This document shows positions 32,042 through 41,418 of a DNA stretch of 64,000 nt, piece after piece; positions within the stretch are counted from its first letter, which is position 1, and each line of letters begins with the position of its first letter. Source of the DNA: Candidatus Parcubacteria bacterium. Its GTDB lineage: Bacteria; Patescibacteriota; Minisyncoccia; UBA6257; 2-01-FULL-56-20. Under the pieces are notes generated by a model, which was not told where the DNA came from, made no database searches, and worked only from the letters and a program-made list of their open reading frames with translations. The stretch covers positions 7,870 to 71,869 of the forward strand of contig DAIDJL010000002.1 of assembly GCA_027450205.1 (NCBI GenBank), given 5' to 3'. The translations under genes and the position numbers were made by a program.

Positions 32042-32476
32042 ATGAGATCTTTAACACTAAGGGGTCGGGCGGTGGCTATCTTGATCCTTCTCTTTGGCGG
32101 GATAGCCATGACAATCGCGATTATTGGCGTCGATCGTGCCAGATGGCGTAATGATATGGCTCCGACAGTCGCCGCAATCGAGCACATAGAACACATCAAT
32201 GGCAGTAACGATTGGATGCAGATAAAACGGATTTGTCCGGGCATTTTTTCCGGAAATGGCTGGATCGACTGCGCGACGGGGTATTATTCGGGAAAACACT
32301 TCGTGGAAAATCGCACCGTTTTTTCCTTCATTGAGGTCCGGGTATATGATCCGCGCATCGATCACGGAGAAATGCCGGCTGCAAAAACGATCATTGAAAT
32401 CAATCCGCTGACCCAGAGAGCGGAATGCGTACGATACGAATATGCATATCCACGCAGGATAATTTTTCCTTGGTAG
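32042..32476 (+). CDS. Orphan hypothetical protein with N-terminal TM
   Basis: AT-richer ORF with its own promoter-like region, G-rich SD and terminator (32500-32529); converges on tRNA-Leu(TAA). Confidence 0.65.
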   Translation: MRSLTLRGRAVAILILLFGGIAMTIAIIGVDRARWRNDMAPTVAAIEHIEHINGSNDWMQIKRICPGIFSGNGWIDCATGYYSGKHFVENRTVFSFIEVRVYDPRIDHGEMPAAKTIIEINPLTQRAECVRYEYAYPRRIIFPW

Positions 32477-32537
32477 GTCGCTTGGCCGATCAATGGTTTG
32501 TGCGCCTCCCCGCGAGGCGCACTTTTTTATTTTACTC

Positions 32538-32623
32538 TGGTGCCCGGGGTGGGATTCGAACCCACAAACCCTTGCGGGTCAAGGATTTTAAGTCCTCTGC
32601 GTAAACCGTTCCGCCACCCGGGC
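32538..32623 (-). tRNA. tRNA-Leu(TAA)
   Basis: gagga-ctTAAaa-tcctt; long variable arm; encoded CCA. Confidence 0.95.
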
Positions 32624-32646
32624 AAATTATATTTCTCTCATGATTG

Positions 32647-32718
32647 AGGCCACGACGGGAATTGCACCCGTGCATCGCGGTTTTGCAGACCGCTGTGTTA
32701 CTGCTTCACCACGTGGCC
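32647..32718 (-). tRNA. tRNA-Cys(GCA)
   Basis: gcggt-ctGCAaa-accgc; U73 discriminator; T-loop TGCAATT; starts 3 nt after the rbfA stop. Confidence 0.93.
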
Positions 32719-32721
32719 CTG

Positions 32722-33087
32722 CTATTCCTTCGACTCGCCATCGCCCTCCTCCCGAGCCTTAATAGTATCCTGCTCCAGCAATTTTTCAACCTTCGCAGCG
32801 TTCTCAAACCCATGGTCGATCTCAAAAAAGATCCTCGGCATCGGTTTGATATTTATTTTTTTGAGCAGGAGATGCTGGAGGTATCCTGCTTTTTTTGCGA
32901 GTTCGTCAATTACATTCTTCTCCTCCTTTGCCGGTAGCACGCTCACCTTTACCCGCGCACCTTCCAGCTTCTTATCCACCTCCACCTCGGTGATGGTCGC
33001 AAGCGCGGAAAGCTCCACTTCGCGAAGGATCATCTTCGAAAGCTCTTCCCGTATCAGTTTTCCCACCCGCTCGGAGCGGAAATTCAT
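32722..33087 (-). CDS. rbfA: Ribosome-binding factor A
   Basis: RSERVGKLIREELS..TITEVEV..MPRIFFEID; coupled to infB. Confidence 0.92.
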   Translation of the reverse strand: MNFRSERVGKLIREELSKMILREVELSALATITEVEVDKKLEGARVKVSVLPAKEEKNVIDELAKKAGYLQHLLLKKINIKPMPRIFFEIDHGFENAAKVEKLLEQDTIKAREEGDGESKE

Positions 33088-34586
33088 TATTTCCTGATCA
33101 ATAATTTATCCCCCACCTGCACGAGCGTTTGCGAATCAATGAGCACGCCGATCTCCTTCCCCTTATCCGCCTGGAAGATCTCGCTCTTTTTTTCACGCAG
33201 TCCTAACACTTTTCCATTGCCCGCCGGCGTACTGCCAACGTGGCCGCGCACAATATCGAACGAAACTTTTCCGCGGAATGTGCCGTTGATGACGCGACCG
33301 CCAACCAGCTGCTTCTGTAATTTTTCCTGATTGAAGACCGCGAGCACCTCGAGTTCGCCCGCTCCCTCCGGTCCGCGCGCGCCGCTGAAATATTCCTCCA
33401 CCGCCGTAGAAAGATCATAGACGATCTCCGATGTGATGACCGTTACTGATTGCGCGTCCGCGAGCACCCTCGCCCCCTTCTCCACGCGATTCTTGAAACC
33501 GATGATCGTGGCCTTCGTTGCGATCGCGTGGCGGATATCGCCGTCCGTGACATCGCCCACGCCTTCTTCCACTATATTTATCTCTTTGCCGCCCTTCTGG
33601 TCAATGCCGCGCAAAACCACCGAGAGCGCTTCGAGCGACCCGGCATCGCCGGCCTTCAAGATAAGGTTGAGCGTGTTTGGCTTTGATTTTGCGATCTGGT
33701 TCACGGCTTTTGCCCCGGCGAGAGAGGCCACACCATCTTGTGCCGCCGCGCCCTGCGCTGCCGCCAATTCCCCCGCCGCAAACTCTTCGCCCACCTTTGG
33801 GATCTTTTCAAACCCGATGATGATCGCAGGCGCAGACGGTTCAAGCTCCGAAACCGTCTTTCCCAAAAAATCTTCCAGGATCTTTACCTTGCCTGACGCC
33901 GTCCGCGTCCGCACCGCATCGCCGCGCGAAAGCGTGCCGTTCTTTACGATCACCGTCGCCTCAATGCCGCGCTTGGGATCGCGCTTGGCCTCGAGCACAA
34001 ACCCGGTCGCCGGCGCGCTCGCATCGTATGTAAGGCCTTCAAGGTCCGCAGCGAGGAGGATCAGGTCCAAGAGGCCCGAAACGCCCTCTCCCGTTTTTGC
34101 CGAAACGGCGCAATAACTCACCTGTCCGCCGTAGCCTTCAAGGAGAACTCCGGCCGCCATCAGATCGTTGCGCGCCTTATCCAAATTTCCGCCGGTCTTA
34201 TCAACTTTATTGATCGCGACGATGAATGGCGTCTTCGCGTCAAGAATGATCTGGATCGCTTCCTTTGTTTGCGGTTTTACGCCCTCATCAGCGGCAACGA
34301 CGAGGATCGCGAGGTCGGCCACCTGTGCGCCGCGCGAACGCATTGCGGTGAACGCCTCGTGCCCGGGCGTATCGATGAACGTGATCTTGCGATCGGCATG
34401 CACGATCTCGTACGCGGCGGTTGCCTGCGTGATGCCGCCCGCTTCGCGCGCGGCGATGTTCGCCTTGCGGATATAATCGAGCAGTGTCGTCTTGCCATGG
34501 TCAACATGCCCCATCACGACGACGATCGGCGGGCGGGTTTTGACCTGGGCCTCTATAGCAATATTTTTAAGTGTTTCTTTTGGCAT
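33087..34586 (-). CDS. infB: Translation initiation factor IF-2, short form without the N-terminal domain
   Basis: [35 protein letters not shown]. Confidence 0.96.
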   Translation of the reverse strand: MPKETLKNIAIEAQVKTRPPIVVVMGHVDHGKTTLLDYIRKANIAAREAGGITQATAAYEIVHADRKITFIDTPGHEAFTAMRSRGAQVADLAILVVAADEGVKPQTKEAIQIILDAKTPFIVAINKVDKTGGNLDKARNDLMAAGVLLEGYGGQVSYCAVSAKTGEGVSGLLDLILLAADLEGLTYDASAPATGFVLEAKRDPKRGIEATVIVKNGTLSRGDAVRTRTASGKVKILEDFLGKTVSELEPSAPAIIIGFEKIPKVGEEFAAGELAAAQGAAAQDGVASLAGAKAVNQIAKSKPNTLNLILKAGDAGSLEALSVVLRGIDQKGGKEINIVEEGVGDVTDGDIRHAIATKATIIGFKNRVEKGARVLADAQSVTVITSEIVYDLSTAVEEYFSGARGPEGAGELEVLAVFNQEKLQKQLVGGRVINGTFRGKVSFDIVRGHVGSTPAGNGKVLGLREKKSEIFQADKGKEIGVLIDSQTLVQVGDKLLIRK

Positions 34587-34849
34587 AAATAGAATAAAGT
34601 AACCTTCCAAACTCCAACACATTATAGCAAAAAATGACCAATAATACAAGGAAGGTGGCATATTCAATACGATCATCATGCCAAGAAAATATAGTCAAAG
34701 GGCGCAACAAAAAGCGGGAAAGGTGATGCAAGAATATAAGCGCTGCGCAAAAGCGCCGCGGAAGAAGTAGTTGCGCGAGAGCCCTCAAATTTGATGTTTG
34801 ATAAATGCGATCCCCTTTGATATGCTTCTAATGCATTTTCAGTCTATGT

Positions 34850-34939
34850 GGAGGCGTGCCAGAGTGGCCGAATGGAGCTTCCTGCTAAGAAGTTGACCGG
34901 GAAACCGGTCCGAAGGTTCGAATCCTTCCGCCTCCGCCA
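34850..34939 (+). tRNA. tRNA-Ser(GCT)
   Basis: gcttc-ctGCTaa-gaagt; long variable arm; G73 and CCA. Confidence 0.96.
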
Positions 34940-34940
34940 G

Positions 34941-35110
34941 CAAAATCGGATACCAAATGGTATCCGATTTTGGTACTGGGCGGGAGGATAAGAACCCTTT
35001 AGGGTTCGGGAATCGGCAGCGAGGAGAAAATGAGTCAGTTCCGCGGATTCATTTTCTGACGAGCGAACCGATTCGGCAGATTCTTATCCGCCCATCCTTC
35101 CGCCTCCGCC
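34941..35110 (+). repeat. tRNA-Ser-linked structured element ending in a 17 bp perfect repeat of the tRNA 3' end
   Basis: Terminator 34941-34972; antisense-like arm 34978-34994; hairpins 34992-35007 and 35010-35074; atccttccgcctccgcc at 35094-35110 equals 34922-34938. Confidence 0.85.
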
Positions 35111-35156
35111 CGTTAGTGCATCGGTTCGAGAGACCTTGAACAAAAAGACCGCCGAG

Positions 35157-35675
35157 TTACGACGGTCTCCGATAATGCAGTAGTACGGTTCCCTTATCGT
35201 TCAATTTCTTGACGGCGGTAAGATGAAAATTCACCGTCGCCTCATTTTTACATTTAAAGATATCCAATCCCTCGCCAAACACAACCGGCTCGATTGTCAG
35301 GTACAAATCATCGATGAGATCATGCTCGAGGAAGTAACTGTATACCTGCGTCCCTCCCAGCAACGCGATAGCGCGGTAGGATTCAAGAATCACTCCGATA
35401 GACGATGGTCCGTCAGCGTTGTAGTAAAGCAGATTGCTGCCCCGCCGTTCAGTATCGTGTACGGTGCGCGTAAAGACGATACAGTTCCGTTTTGATAACG
35501 GCCCCGCTGCCGTTTTGTAAGTGTTATTGCCAATCACGACCGCATCGCTCTTGTCCAAGAGCGAACGGAGAAACGTCTTATCCTCTGGACTCGTCCAGTC
35601 GGTGAAGTGCCCGGAATGCCGGGCGATTTTACCGTCGATCGTCACGGCGACGATGGCGCTGATATTCGGTTTCAT
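35157..35675 (-). CDS. Dihydrofolate reductase / RibD C-terminal family protein
   Basis: AVTIDGKIA, W.SPEDK.F, IGNNTY, LGG..VY, LIDDLYLTIEPVVFGEG. Confidence 0.9.
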   Translation of the reverse strand: MKPNISAIVAVTIDGKIARHSGHFTDWTSPEDKTFLRSLLDKSDAVVIGNNTYKTAAGPLSKRNCIVFTRTVHDTERRGSNLLYYNADGPSSIGVILESYRAIALLGGTQVYSYFLEHDLIDDLYLTIEPVVFGEGLDIFKCKNEATVNFHLTAVKKLNDKGTVLLHYRRPS

Positions 35676-36391
35676 TTGAATGCCCTCCAGAGCGGTGCGT
35701 AGAGATCGTTTTTTGGAGCGACCACCGACATCCGATGCGTGTCTTTATTGGTGAAGGTTATAAACTTCGCGCCGCGCAGGATGAGAAGCGGCGTTTGTTC
35801 ATCTCCTTCGCCCATGAGCAGGACTGCCATCGTTGAAAGCCCGTCGACGATATTCTTCGTCGTATGCTTGAGCAAACGCCCGAAGATATCCGGCTCCCCG
35901 CGGTAATCATAGAGCGGCTCCATGCCGTAGAAACCGATGGAGATGCCGAGTGTGCCATGCCGCAACGGGATAATATGACTATCCGTCACCACGACCGCGA
36001 GCTTTTTCAGTTTATATTTCCTTTTCAAATAACTGCGGATTTCCTTTGCAAGCGCCGACGGGCGCCGCGGCCACAAAATATAGTACCCATTGGCATTACT
36101 CTCGTCAATTCCGGCGTTCGCGATGAGCGTGTGGTCTTTGATCGTGAGATAGAGATTCTTCCATGTCTTCAAGTGACTATGGGCGTATCGGTCGGCCTCC
36201 CGCTTGATAAGTCGTTCTTTTAATGCACCAGGTCGTATTTTCACGCATCGCCCCTGATGGATCGCGAGCACTTTCGAAGTGATAAAGATAACGTCACCCT
36301 CACGCAATTGCGGCAGCGATTTATCGAGAACGGAATAAATGTCGTCCTTCGGCGGCAGGATCGCACGCGTTTTTACTGGGATGAACTTCAT
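35672..36391 (-). CDS. CofE-like gamma-glutamyl ligase (F420-0 ligase / FolC2-like)
   Basis: EGDVIFITSKV, NAGIDESN, VTDSH..PLR.G..G, D.RG..DIFGR, MGEGDEQTP. Confidence 0.9.
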   Translation of the reverse strand: MKFIPVKTRAILPPKDDIYSVLDKSLPQLREGDVIFITSKVLAIHQGRCVKIRPGALKERLIKREADRYAHSHLKTWKNLYLTIKDHTLIANAGIDESNANGYYILWPRRPSALAKEIRSYLKRKYKLKKLAVVVTDSHIIPLRHGTLGISIGFYGMEPLYDYRGEPDIFGRLLKHTTKNIVDGLSTMAVLLMGEGDEQTPLLILRGAKFITFTNKDTHRMSVVAPKNDLYAPLWRAFK

Positions 36392-36404
36392 CCCGTAAGG
36401 ATAC

Positions 36405-36439
36405 AAAAAAGGCCGGAGATAATCCACTCTCCGGCCTTT
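36405..36439 (-). terminator. Terminator-like hairpin between the ATP-grasp and CofE-like genes
   Basis: aaaggccggaga...tctccggccttt with a U-run on the minus strand. Confidence 0.65.
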
Positions 36440-36446
36440 GCCGATG

Positions 36447-37463
36447 TCACTGCATCGCCTTAAGGACCTTCAGATACATGTCCTCGACAATTTTTTGCTG
36501 CACCTTCCCGGTCTTCACGTAATGATCGAGTCCGGGCGCCGCGTTCACTTCGAGAATCCAGTAGATTGATGGCTTTCCCGTGATGTCGCCGTCCACCATG
36601 AGATCAACGCCGCAAATGCGCAGCCCCATATCCCTCGTAAGACAGACAGCAATCTTCTTAAACCCCGGGTGGATCGCGTCGGTAACGTCCACGGCGTCGC
36701 CGCCGGAGGACAGGTTCGCGTTGTCGAGAAGGTAAACCTTCTGACCTCGCGCGAGGACAGAACGCATGCTCAACCTTTGCCGCTTGAGATTGTATGCAAT
36801 CCGTTTATCCTCGGCCCTGATGATGGTATCGCGGCCGCTTACAGCGAATCCCTTCTGTTTTTCCGTGAGCAGCTGGCGGATCGTCGACCGACCGTCGCCG
36901 ATCACGTTCAGCGGAACCCGTTCATACGCCGAGATTACCTTCCTGTCGAGTACGACAATCCGATAATCTCTGCCATGAATGGGCGACTGCACGAGCGCCA
37001 CCCTGTCGCGGGCAAACACGAAGCGCATTGCTTGATAAAACTCTCGCTTGGTGTACGCCTTTGCCATGCCGACGCCTTGGCTGCCGCTGTTGGGCTTCAC
37101 GACAACCGGAAAGCCGATCTTCGCCGCATACCGATATGCAGCATCAATATTCCTCCGCGATCCTATAGCACGGCAATGCTCTCGCGAAAAAAATGTTTTG
37201 CCCGGCACCGTGGGATAGCCCATCCGCTTCATAAAGAACGCGGCATAGTCCTTGTCCTTCGCGATGTCGGAAGCGCCGACAGGATTGAGATCGAGCGTCG
37301 ATCCCCTAAAGTATCGCTTGCGACCATTTTTAAAAGCAATCTGGCCCACGACGCGCCATTCGGGCTCGATCAGGATGGTCGCCCCGAGCTTGGGAGCGAG
37401 TTTGCGAAATATCTGTCCCAGAAGCGGGCCGACCATTTTTTTCTTTTTCATACGGGTCGCCAT
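36447..37463 (-). CDS. Stand-alone ATP-grasp ligase resembling the cyanophycin synthetase/GshF ATP-grasp domain
   Basis: IAKDK, FPVVVKP..GSQG.G, GRDYRIVV, P.NVIGDG.STI, ANLSSGG, CGVDLM, LEVNAAPG. Confidence 0.85.
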   Translation of the reverse strand: MATRMKKKKMVGPLLGQIFRKLAPKLGATILIEPEWRVVGQIAFKNGRKRYFRGSTLDLNPVGASDIAKDKDYAAFFMKRMGYPTVPGKTFFSREHCRAIGSRRNIDAAYRYAAKIGFPVVVKPNSGSQGVGMAKAYTKREFYQAMRFVFARDRVALVQSPIHGRDYRIVVLDRKVISAYERVPLNVIGDGRSTIRQLLTEKQKGFAVSGRDTIIRAEDKRIAYNLKRQRLSMRSVLARGQKVYLLDNANLSSGGDAVDVTDAIHPGFKKIAVCLTRDMGLRICGVDLMVDGDITGKPSIYWILEVNAAPGLDHYVKTGKVQQKIVEDMYLKVLKAMQ

Positions 37464-37574
37464 TCCTTTCTATTCTATAACGAATGTTGTTTTACTGCTG
37501 GCCAAAATATAACACAGATTGATCAAATATGCAAATGATTTTGCAGCCCCTCCTCTATTGAGGTTCTAAAGTAG

Positions 37575-37589
37575 TCCATCCGCCTCCGC
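37575..37589 (+). repeat. Third, degenerate copy of the tRNA-Ser 3' end (att-like)
   Basis: tccatccgcctccgc, 14/15 match to the tRNA; aggttc also present just upstream. Confidence 0.7.
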
Positions 37590-37701
37590 ATTAGTTATTC
37601 ATCGATAAAATCAATACTTCTGGAGTATAGGGAAAGAGGACATCAAAAACTTATTCGTTCGAATCCAAATTTTTCTATTAAATATGGAAAAAAGCCGCCA
37701 A

Positions 37702-37855
37702 GTTATGACGGTCTCTGATAATGCAGCAGTGCGGTTCCCTTCTTGTTCGATTCTTCGATGGCGACAAACAAGGCGGCGGTCCGGTATGGTTCGAGAATCG
37801 CTGCGATGGGCGTTGGTCCGTCGGCGTTGTAATACGCCACGTTGTCGCTCCGAGG
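37702..37855 (-). pseudogene. Internally deleted remnant of a paralogue of the 35157-35675 DHFR-like gene
   Basis: Encodes RSDNVAYYNADGPTPIAAILEPYRTAALF (cf. RGSNLLYYNADGPSSIGVILESYRAIALL) and KGTALLHYQRPS* (cf. KGTVLLHYRRPS*); 3' flank also similar. Confidence 0.88.
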
Positions 37856-37945
37856 CTCCGCGTCTGACACGGAGCGGGCCGCGCGCGCTTCACATTAAGG
37901 TCAGATGTTGTAAAATTTTCATATAATCCAATCCTTTCTATATAT

Positions 37946-40393
37946 ATGATGCAATCCAACCAACCCGGAGCGCAGGGCGGCGATTTGAGCAAGCTCCCTC
38001 TGGCAGAAATCGAGCGGATACTGGCATCTTCCCCGAGCGGACTTTCGCAAGCGGAAGCGGAGCGGCGCCTCTCGGAATATGGCCCGAATGAGATCGAGGA
38101 GAAAAAAACAAATCTTTTTATAAAATTCTTTACCTATTTTTGGGGACCGATCCCGTGGATGATCGAAATAGCGGCGATCCTTTCCGCGACCGTACGTCAC
38201 TGGGCCGACTTTTCCATCATTGCGGTCCTTCTTGTTTCAAACGCAACTGTCGGATTTTGGGAAGAATACCAGGCAGGAAATGCGATCGCGGCGCTGAAAG
38301 CGAAACTTGCCGCAATAGCACGCGTTGAGAGAGATGGGCGTTGGGCTACGCTCGCAACGAGATCGATCGTCCCAGGCGATGTCATTCGCATCCGGCTTGG
38401 GGACATCGTTCCCGCAGATGGGCGCCTGCTTGGGAGCGGCGATTCGGTTGAAATCGATCAATCGGCGCTTACCGGCGAATCACTGCCCGTGGAACGAAAC
38501 GCCGGTGACGCAGTCTTCTCGGGGTCCATTATCCGCAGGGGCGAGGCTGACGCTCTTGTTTACGCTACGGGAAGCCGCACATTCTTCGGCAAAACGGCGG
38601 ATCTCGTGCAGAATGCGCGCACGGTTAGCCATTTCCAGCGGGCGGTGCTTAAAATAGGAAATTATCTCATCATCCTTGCGAGCGTGCTTGTTGCGCTCAT
38701 TGTCGTCGTGGCCGTCGCTCGCGGCAACACGCTTACCGACACCTTGGAGTTTGCGCTCATCTTGCTTATCGCGGCAATTCCCGTCGCCATGCCGACAGTG
38801 CTGTCGGTGACGATGGCGATTGGCGCACGCCTGCTTGCGAAGAAAGATGCGATCGTCACGCGGCTTTCTTCGGTCGAGGAATTGGCCGGTATGGATATGC
38901 TCTGCTCGGATAAGACGGGAACCCTTACTGAAAACAAATTAAAGCTGGGCAGTCCATTTACGGTGGGCAGTGCTACTCCGGAAGAACTCATCCTTTACGG
39001 GGCGCTTGCCTCGCGCGCAGAAGACCGGGATCCGATAGATCTCGCGGTGATCAATGGCGTAAGCGACCAGGCGGCACTTGCCGCATATCATATATTGAAA
39101 TTCCTGCCATTCGACGCAGTGCGGAAACGCACCGAGGCCGAAGTCCGCACGCCGGACGGAAAGATATTTTCCGTATCCATGGGTGCTCCGCAAACCATTC
39201 TTGGTATCTCAGATAATAAACAAGAAGTGTTCGACATGGCGGAACGAGCCGTGGAAGAATTTGCGGCGCGGGGATTTCGCTCGCTTGGAGTTGCTCGCGC
39301 GGAAAAAGGAAATGGATGGCTATTCGTGGGGATACTTCCCCTCTTTGATCCCCCTCGGCCGGAGGCGCAGGCAACCGTGAGAGACGCCCAAGCGATGGGC
39401 GTAAAGATCAAGATGATCACCGGAGACCATATCGCCATCGCGCGAGAGACCGCGCACGAACTTGGCTTGGGCGCCGATATCCTTGATGCAAGCGGTTTGG
39501 ACAATAACGGAAAGGAGCCGTCCGCCGCACAAGCAGATGCCATTGAAAAAGCGGATGGATTTGCCCAGGTATTTCCCGAACATAAATTTGAGATCATACG
39601 GGCGCTCCAGGAACGCGGCCACATTGTCGGGATGACGGGCGACGGCGTGAATGACGCGCCGGCCCTCAAGAAGGCCGATTGCGGCATCGCCGTTTTCGGC
39701 GCCACCGATGCGGCGCGCGCAGCCGCTGCGATGGTTCTCCTCACGCCGGGGTTGTCGGTGATCATCGAGGCCATCAAGGAGGGTCGGAGGATCTTCCAGC
39801 GGATGACGAGCTATTCCATTTATCGGATCACGGAGACCATCCGGGTGCTCCTTTTCATGACACTTGCGATCCTAGTGTTCAATTTCTATCCGGTAACCGC
39901 AATTATGATCGTGCTGCTTGCCATTTTGAACGACGGAGCGATACTTTCCATTGCTTACGACAATGCTTCCTTTGATCAGGCGCCGGAGGCTTGGCAGATG
40001 AAGAAAATATTGGGCGTTTCGACGACGCTCGGCGTCGCCGGCGTCGTGGCAACATTCACGCTTTTTTATCTTGCTGAGCAAATATTCCACATGGGCGCAG
40101 GACAAGTTCAAGCGCTTATGTACCTTAAATTGTCCGTTGCGGGCCACCTGACCATTTTTCTTACGCGTACGCGCAAGCGCTTCTGGTCAGACCGACCATC
40201 AAAAATACTGGTCATTGCGGTCTTCGGCACTCAAGCGATCGCAACCCTTATCGCCGTATATGGGATCTTTATGCCTCCGCTCGGATGGGGATGGGCAATC
40301 GTGGTCTGGGTATATGCACTCGCATGGTTTCTCATCAACGATCAGGTAAAACTGCTCGCGTATCGGATATTCGATCCCGTAGCGCGACCATAA
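37946..40393 (+). CDS. Plasma-membrane proton-efflux P-type ATPase (P3A, PMA1-like)
   Basis: FWGPIPWMIE, IPVAMPTVLSVTMA.GA, CSDKTGTLT, QVFPEHK, TGDGVNDAPALKKAD, ILNDG..L.IAYD. Confidence 0.93.
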   Translation: MMQSNQPGAQGGDLSKLPLAEIERILASSPSGLSQAEAERRLSEYGPNEIEEKKTNLFIKFFTYFWGPIPWMIEIAAILSATVRHWADFSIIAVLLVSNATVGFWEEYQAGNAIAALKAKLAAIARVERDGRWATLATRSIVPGDVIRIRLGDIVPADGRLLGSGDSVEIDQSALTGESLPVERNAGDAVFSGSIIRRGEADALVYATGSRTFFGKTADLVQNARTVSHFQRAVLKIGNYLIILASVLVALIVVVAVARGNTLTDTLEFALILLIAAIPVAMPTVLSVTMAIGARLLAKKDAIVTRLSSVEELAGMDMLCSDKTGTLTENKLKLGSPFTVGSATPEELILYGALASRAEDRDPIDLAVINGVSDQAALAAYHILKFLPFDAVRKRTEAEVRTPDGKIFSVSMGAPQTILGISDNKQEVFDMAERAVEEFAARGFRSLGVARAEKGNGWLFVGILPLFDPPRPEAQATVRDAQAMGVKIKMITGDHIAIARETAHELGLGADILDASGLDNNGKEPSAAQADAIEKADGFAQVFPEHKFEIIRALQERGHIVGMTGDGVNDAPALKKADCGIAVFGATDAARAAAAMVLLTPGLSVIIEAIKEGRRIFQRMTSYSIYRITETIRVLLFMTLAILVFNFYPVTAIMIVLLAILNDGAILSIAYDNASFDQAPEAWQMKKILGVSTTLGVAGVVATFTLFYLAEQIFHMGAGQVQALMYLKLSVAGHLTIFLTRTRKRFWSDRPSKILVIAVFGTQAIATLIAVYGIFMPPLGWGWAIVVWVYALAWFLINDQVKLLAYRIFDPVARP

Positions 40394-40441
40394 GCGGACA
40401 GCCGCGTGAATGGCTTTAAACCATTGCTTTCGCGTTTTTGT

Positions 40442-41074
40442 TCACTGCCCGGCTGTCGCCCCGATCTTCAATAATTCATTCAGCCGATCCCGGTCGAATC
40501 CCATGATGATCTCCGTGTCGCCGTCGTCAAAGAGCACCTCGGTCTGCGGCACGCCCGTCTGTCCGCTCTTCCGTACCATTGCCTCGGCAGCCTTGCGATC
40601 CTCGTCCACCATCACAAGATCGAACGCGATCTTGTGCTTCTCAAGATAATCCTTTTCCATCCTGCAATACGGACACGTGGCTGTTGAATAAAGCGTGATC
40701 TTCTCAAGTTTTGGATCGCCGACGCCCGCCGCCTCATTCACAAGCGTTCGCAGCACGCGATCCATCTCTTCTATCGTCGGCGCCAACTCGTCGAGATGCG
40801 CGCCGCCGGCGAGGATCTGAGGATTCGAAATGGCGATCATTGTCTTCCCTTCTTTCTCCTGTATAAGAGCACTGTCCGGCATAAGCCCTGCCAGCATATG
40901 GTCGGCTGCGGTGATCGCCTCAGTCCATGACTGCTTGAAGAAATAAATAATAGTGCCTTTTGAAACATCTTTTCTGGCAACCACCTCGATCCCCTCTTTT
41001 TTTAATCCGGCGGCGAACCGCTCCGCGACCTCAGCTACCGGCTTTTCCGTCTTTCGAACGTATGCAATGTTCAT
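40442..41074 (-). CDS. DUF302-like domain fused to a glutaredoxin (CPYC)
   Basis: C-terminal YSTATCPYC..SGQTGVP..GFD; N-terminus follows the DUF302 pattern. Confidence 0.78.
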   Translation of the reverse strand: MNIAYVRKTEKPVAEVAERFAAGLKKEGIEVVARKDVSKGTIIYFFKQSWTEAITAADHMLAGLMPDSALIQEKEGKTMIAISNPQILAGGAHLDELAPTIEEMDRVLRTLVNEAAGVGDPKLEKITLYSTATCPYCRMEKDYLEKHKIAFDLVMVDEDRKAAEAMVRKSGQTGVPQTEVLFDDGDTEIIMGFDRDRLNELLKIGATAGQ

Positions 41075-41098
41075 AGTTTTATAAAATTTAGTTAATGA

Positions 41099-41347
41099 TC
41101 ATTTAACAAGTCTTACGACATCCCTCACGAACGCCCGTTTTCCGGGTCTGATGCGATAGTATTTCTCCCGGCCTTCCTTCCATTCCTCAATGATGCCATT
41201 GTCTCGCAATATGCCGAGATGATGCGACAGCAACGGCTTCTTCATCTCCAGGCATTCTCGGAGATCGCATCCGCGCGATGAGCTGCACCCGAGCAGTTTG
41301 CAAAGGATCGCGATCCGCCCTTCGTTGAATATCCATAGGTTTTTCAT
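41099..41347 (-). CDS. ArsR/SmtB family transcriptional regulator
   Basis: RIAIL..CDL..LSHHLGILR..G....KEGR..YY. Confidence 0.9.
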   Translation of the reverse strand: MKNLWIFNEGRIAILCKLLGCSSSRGCDLRECLEMKKPLLSHHLGILRDNGIIEEWKEGREKYYRIRPGKRAFVRDVVRLVK

Positions 41348-41356
41348 CGTTCCGTT

Positions 41357-41382
41357 TATAGTTCAATATATATTGAACTATA
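41357..41382. promoter_or_regulatory. Perfect 26 bp palindrome, probable ArsR operator
   Basis: tatagttcaatat/atattgaactata, about 10 bp upstream of the ArsR start. Confidence 0.8.
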
Positions 41383-41418
41383 TAGCCGAACCGACGGCGA
41401 TGTCAAGCGGGCGGGGCG

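Noticed and set aside
36447..37463. Full cyanophycin synthetase CphA
   Set aside because: Only 338 aa; lacks the Mur-ligase domains, and no cphB nearby
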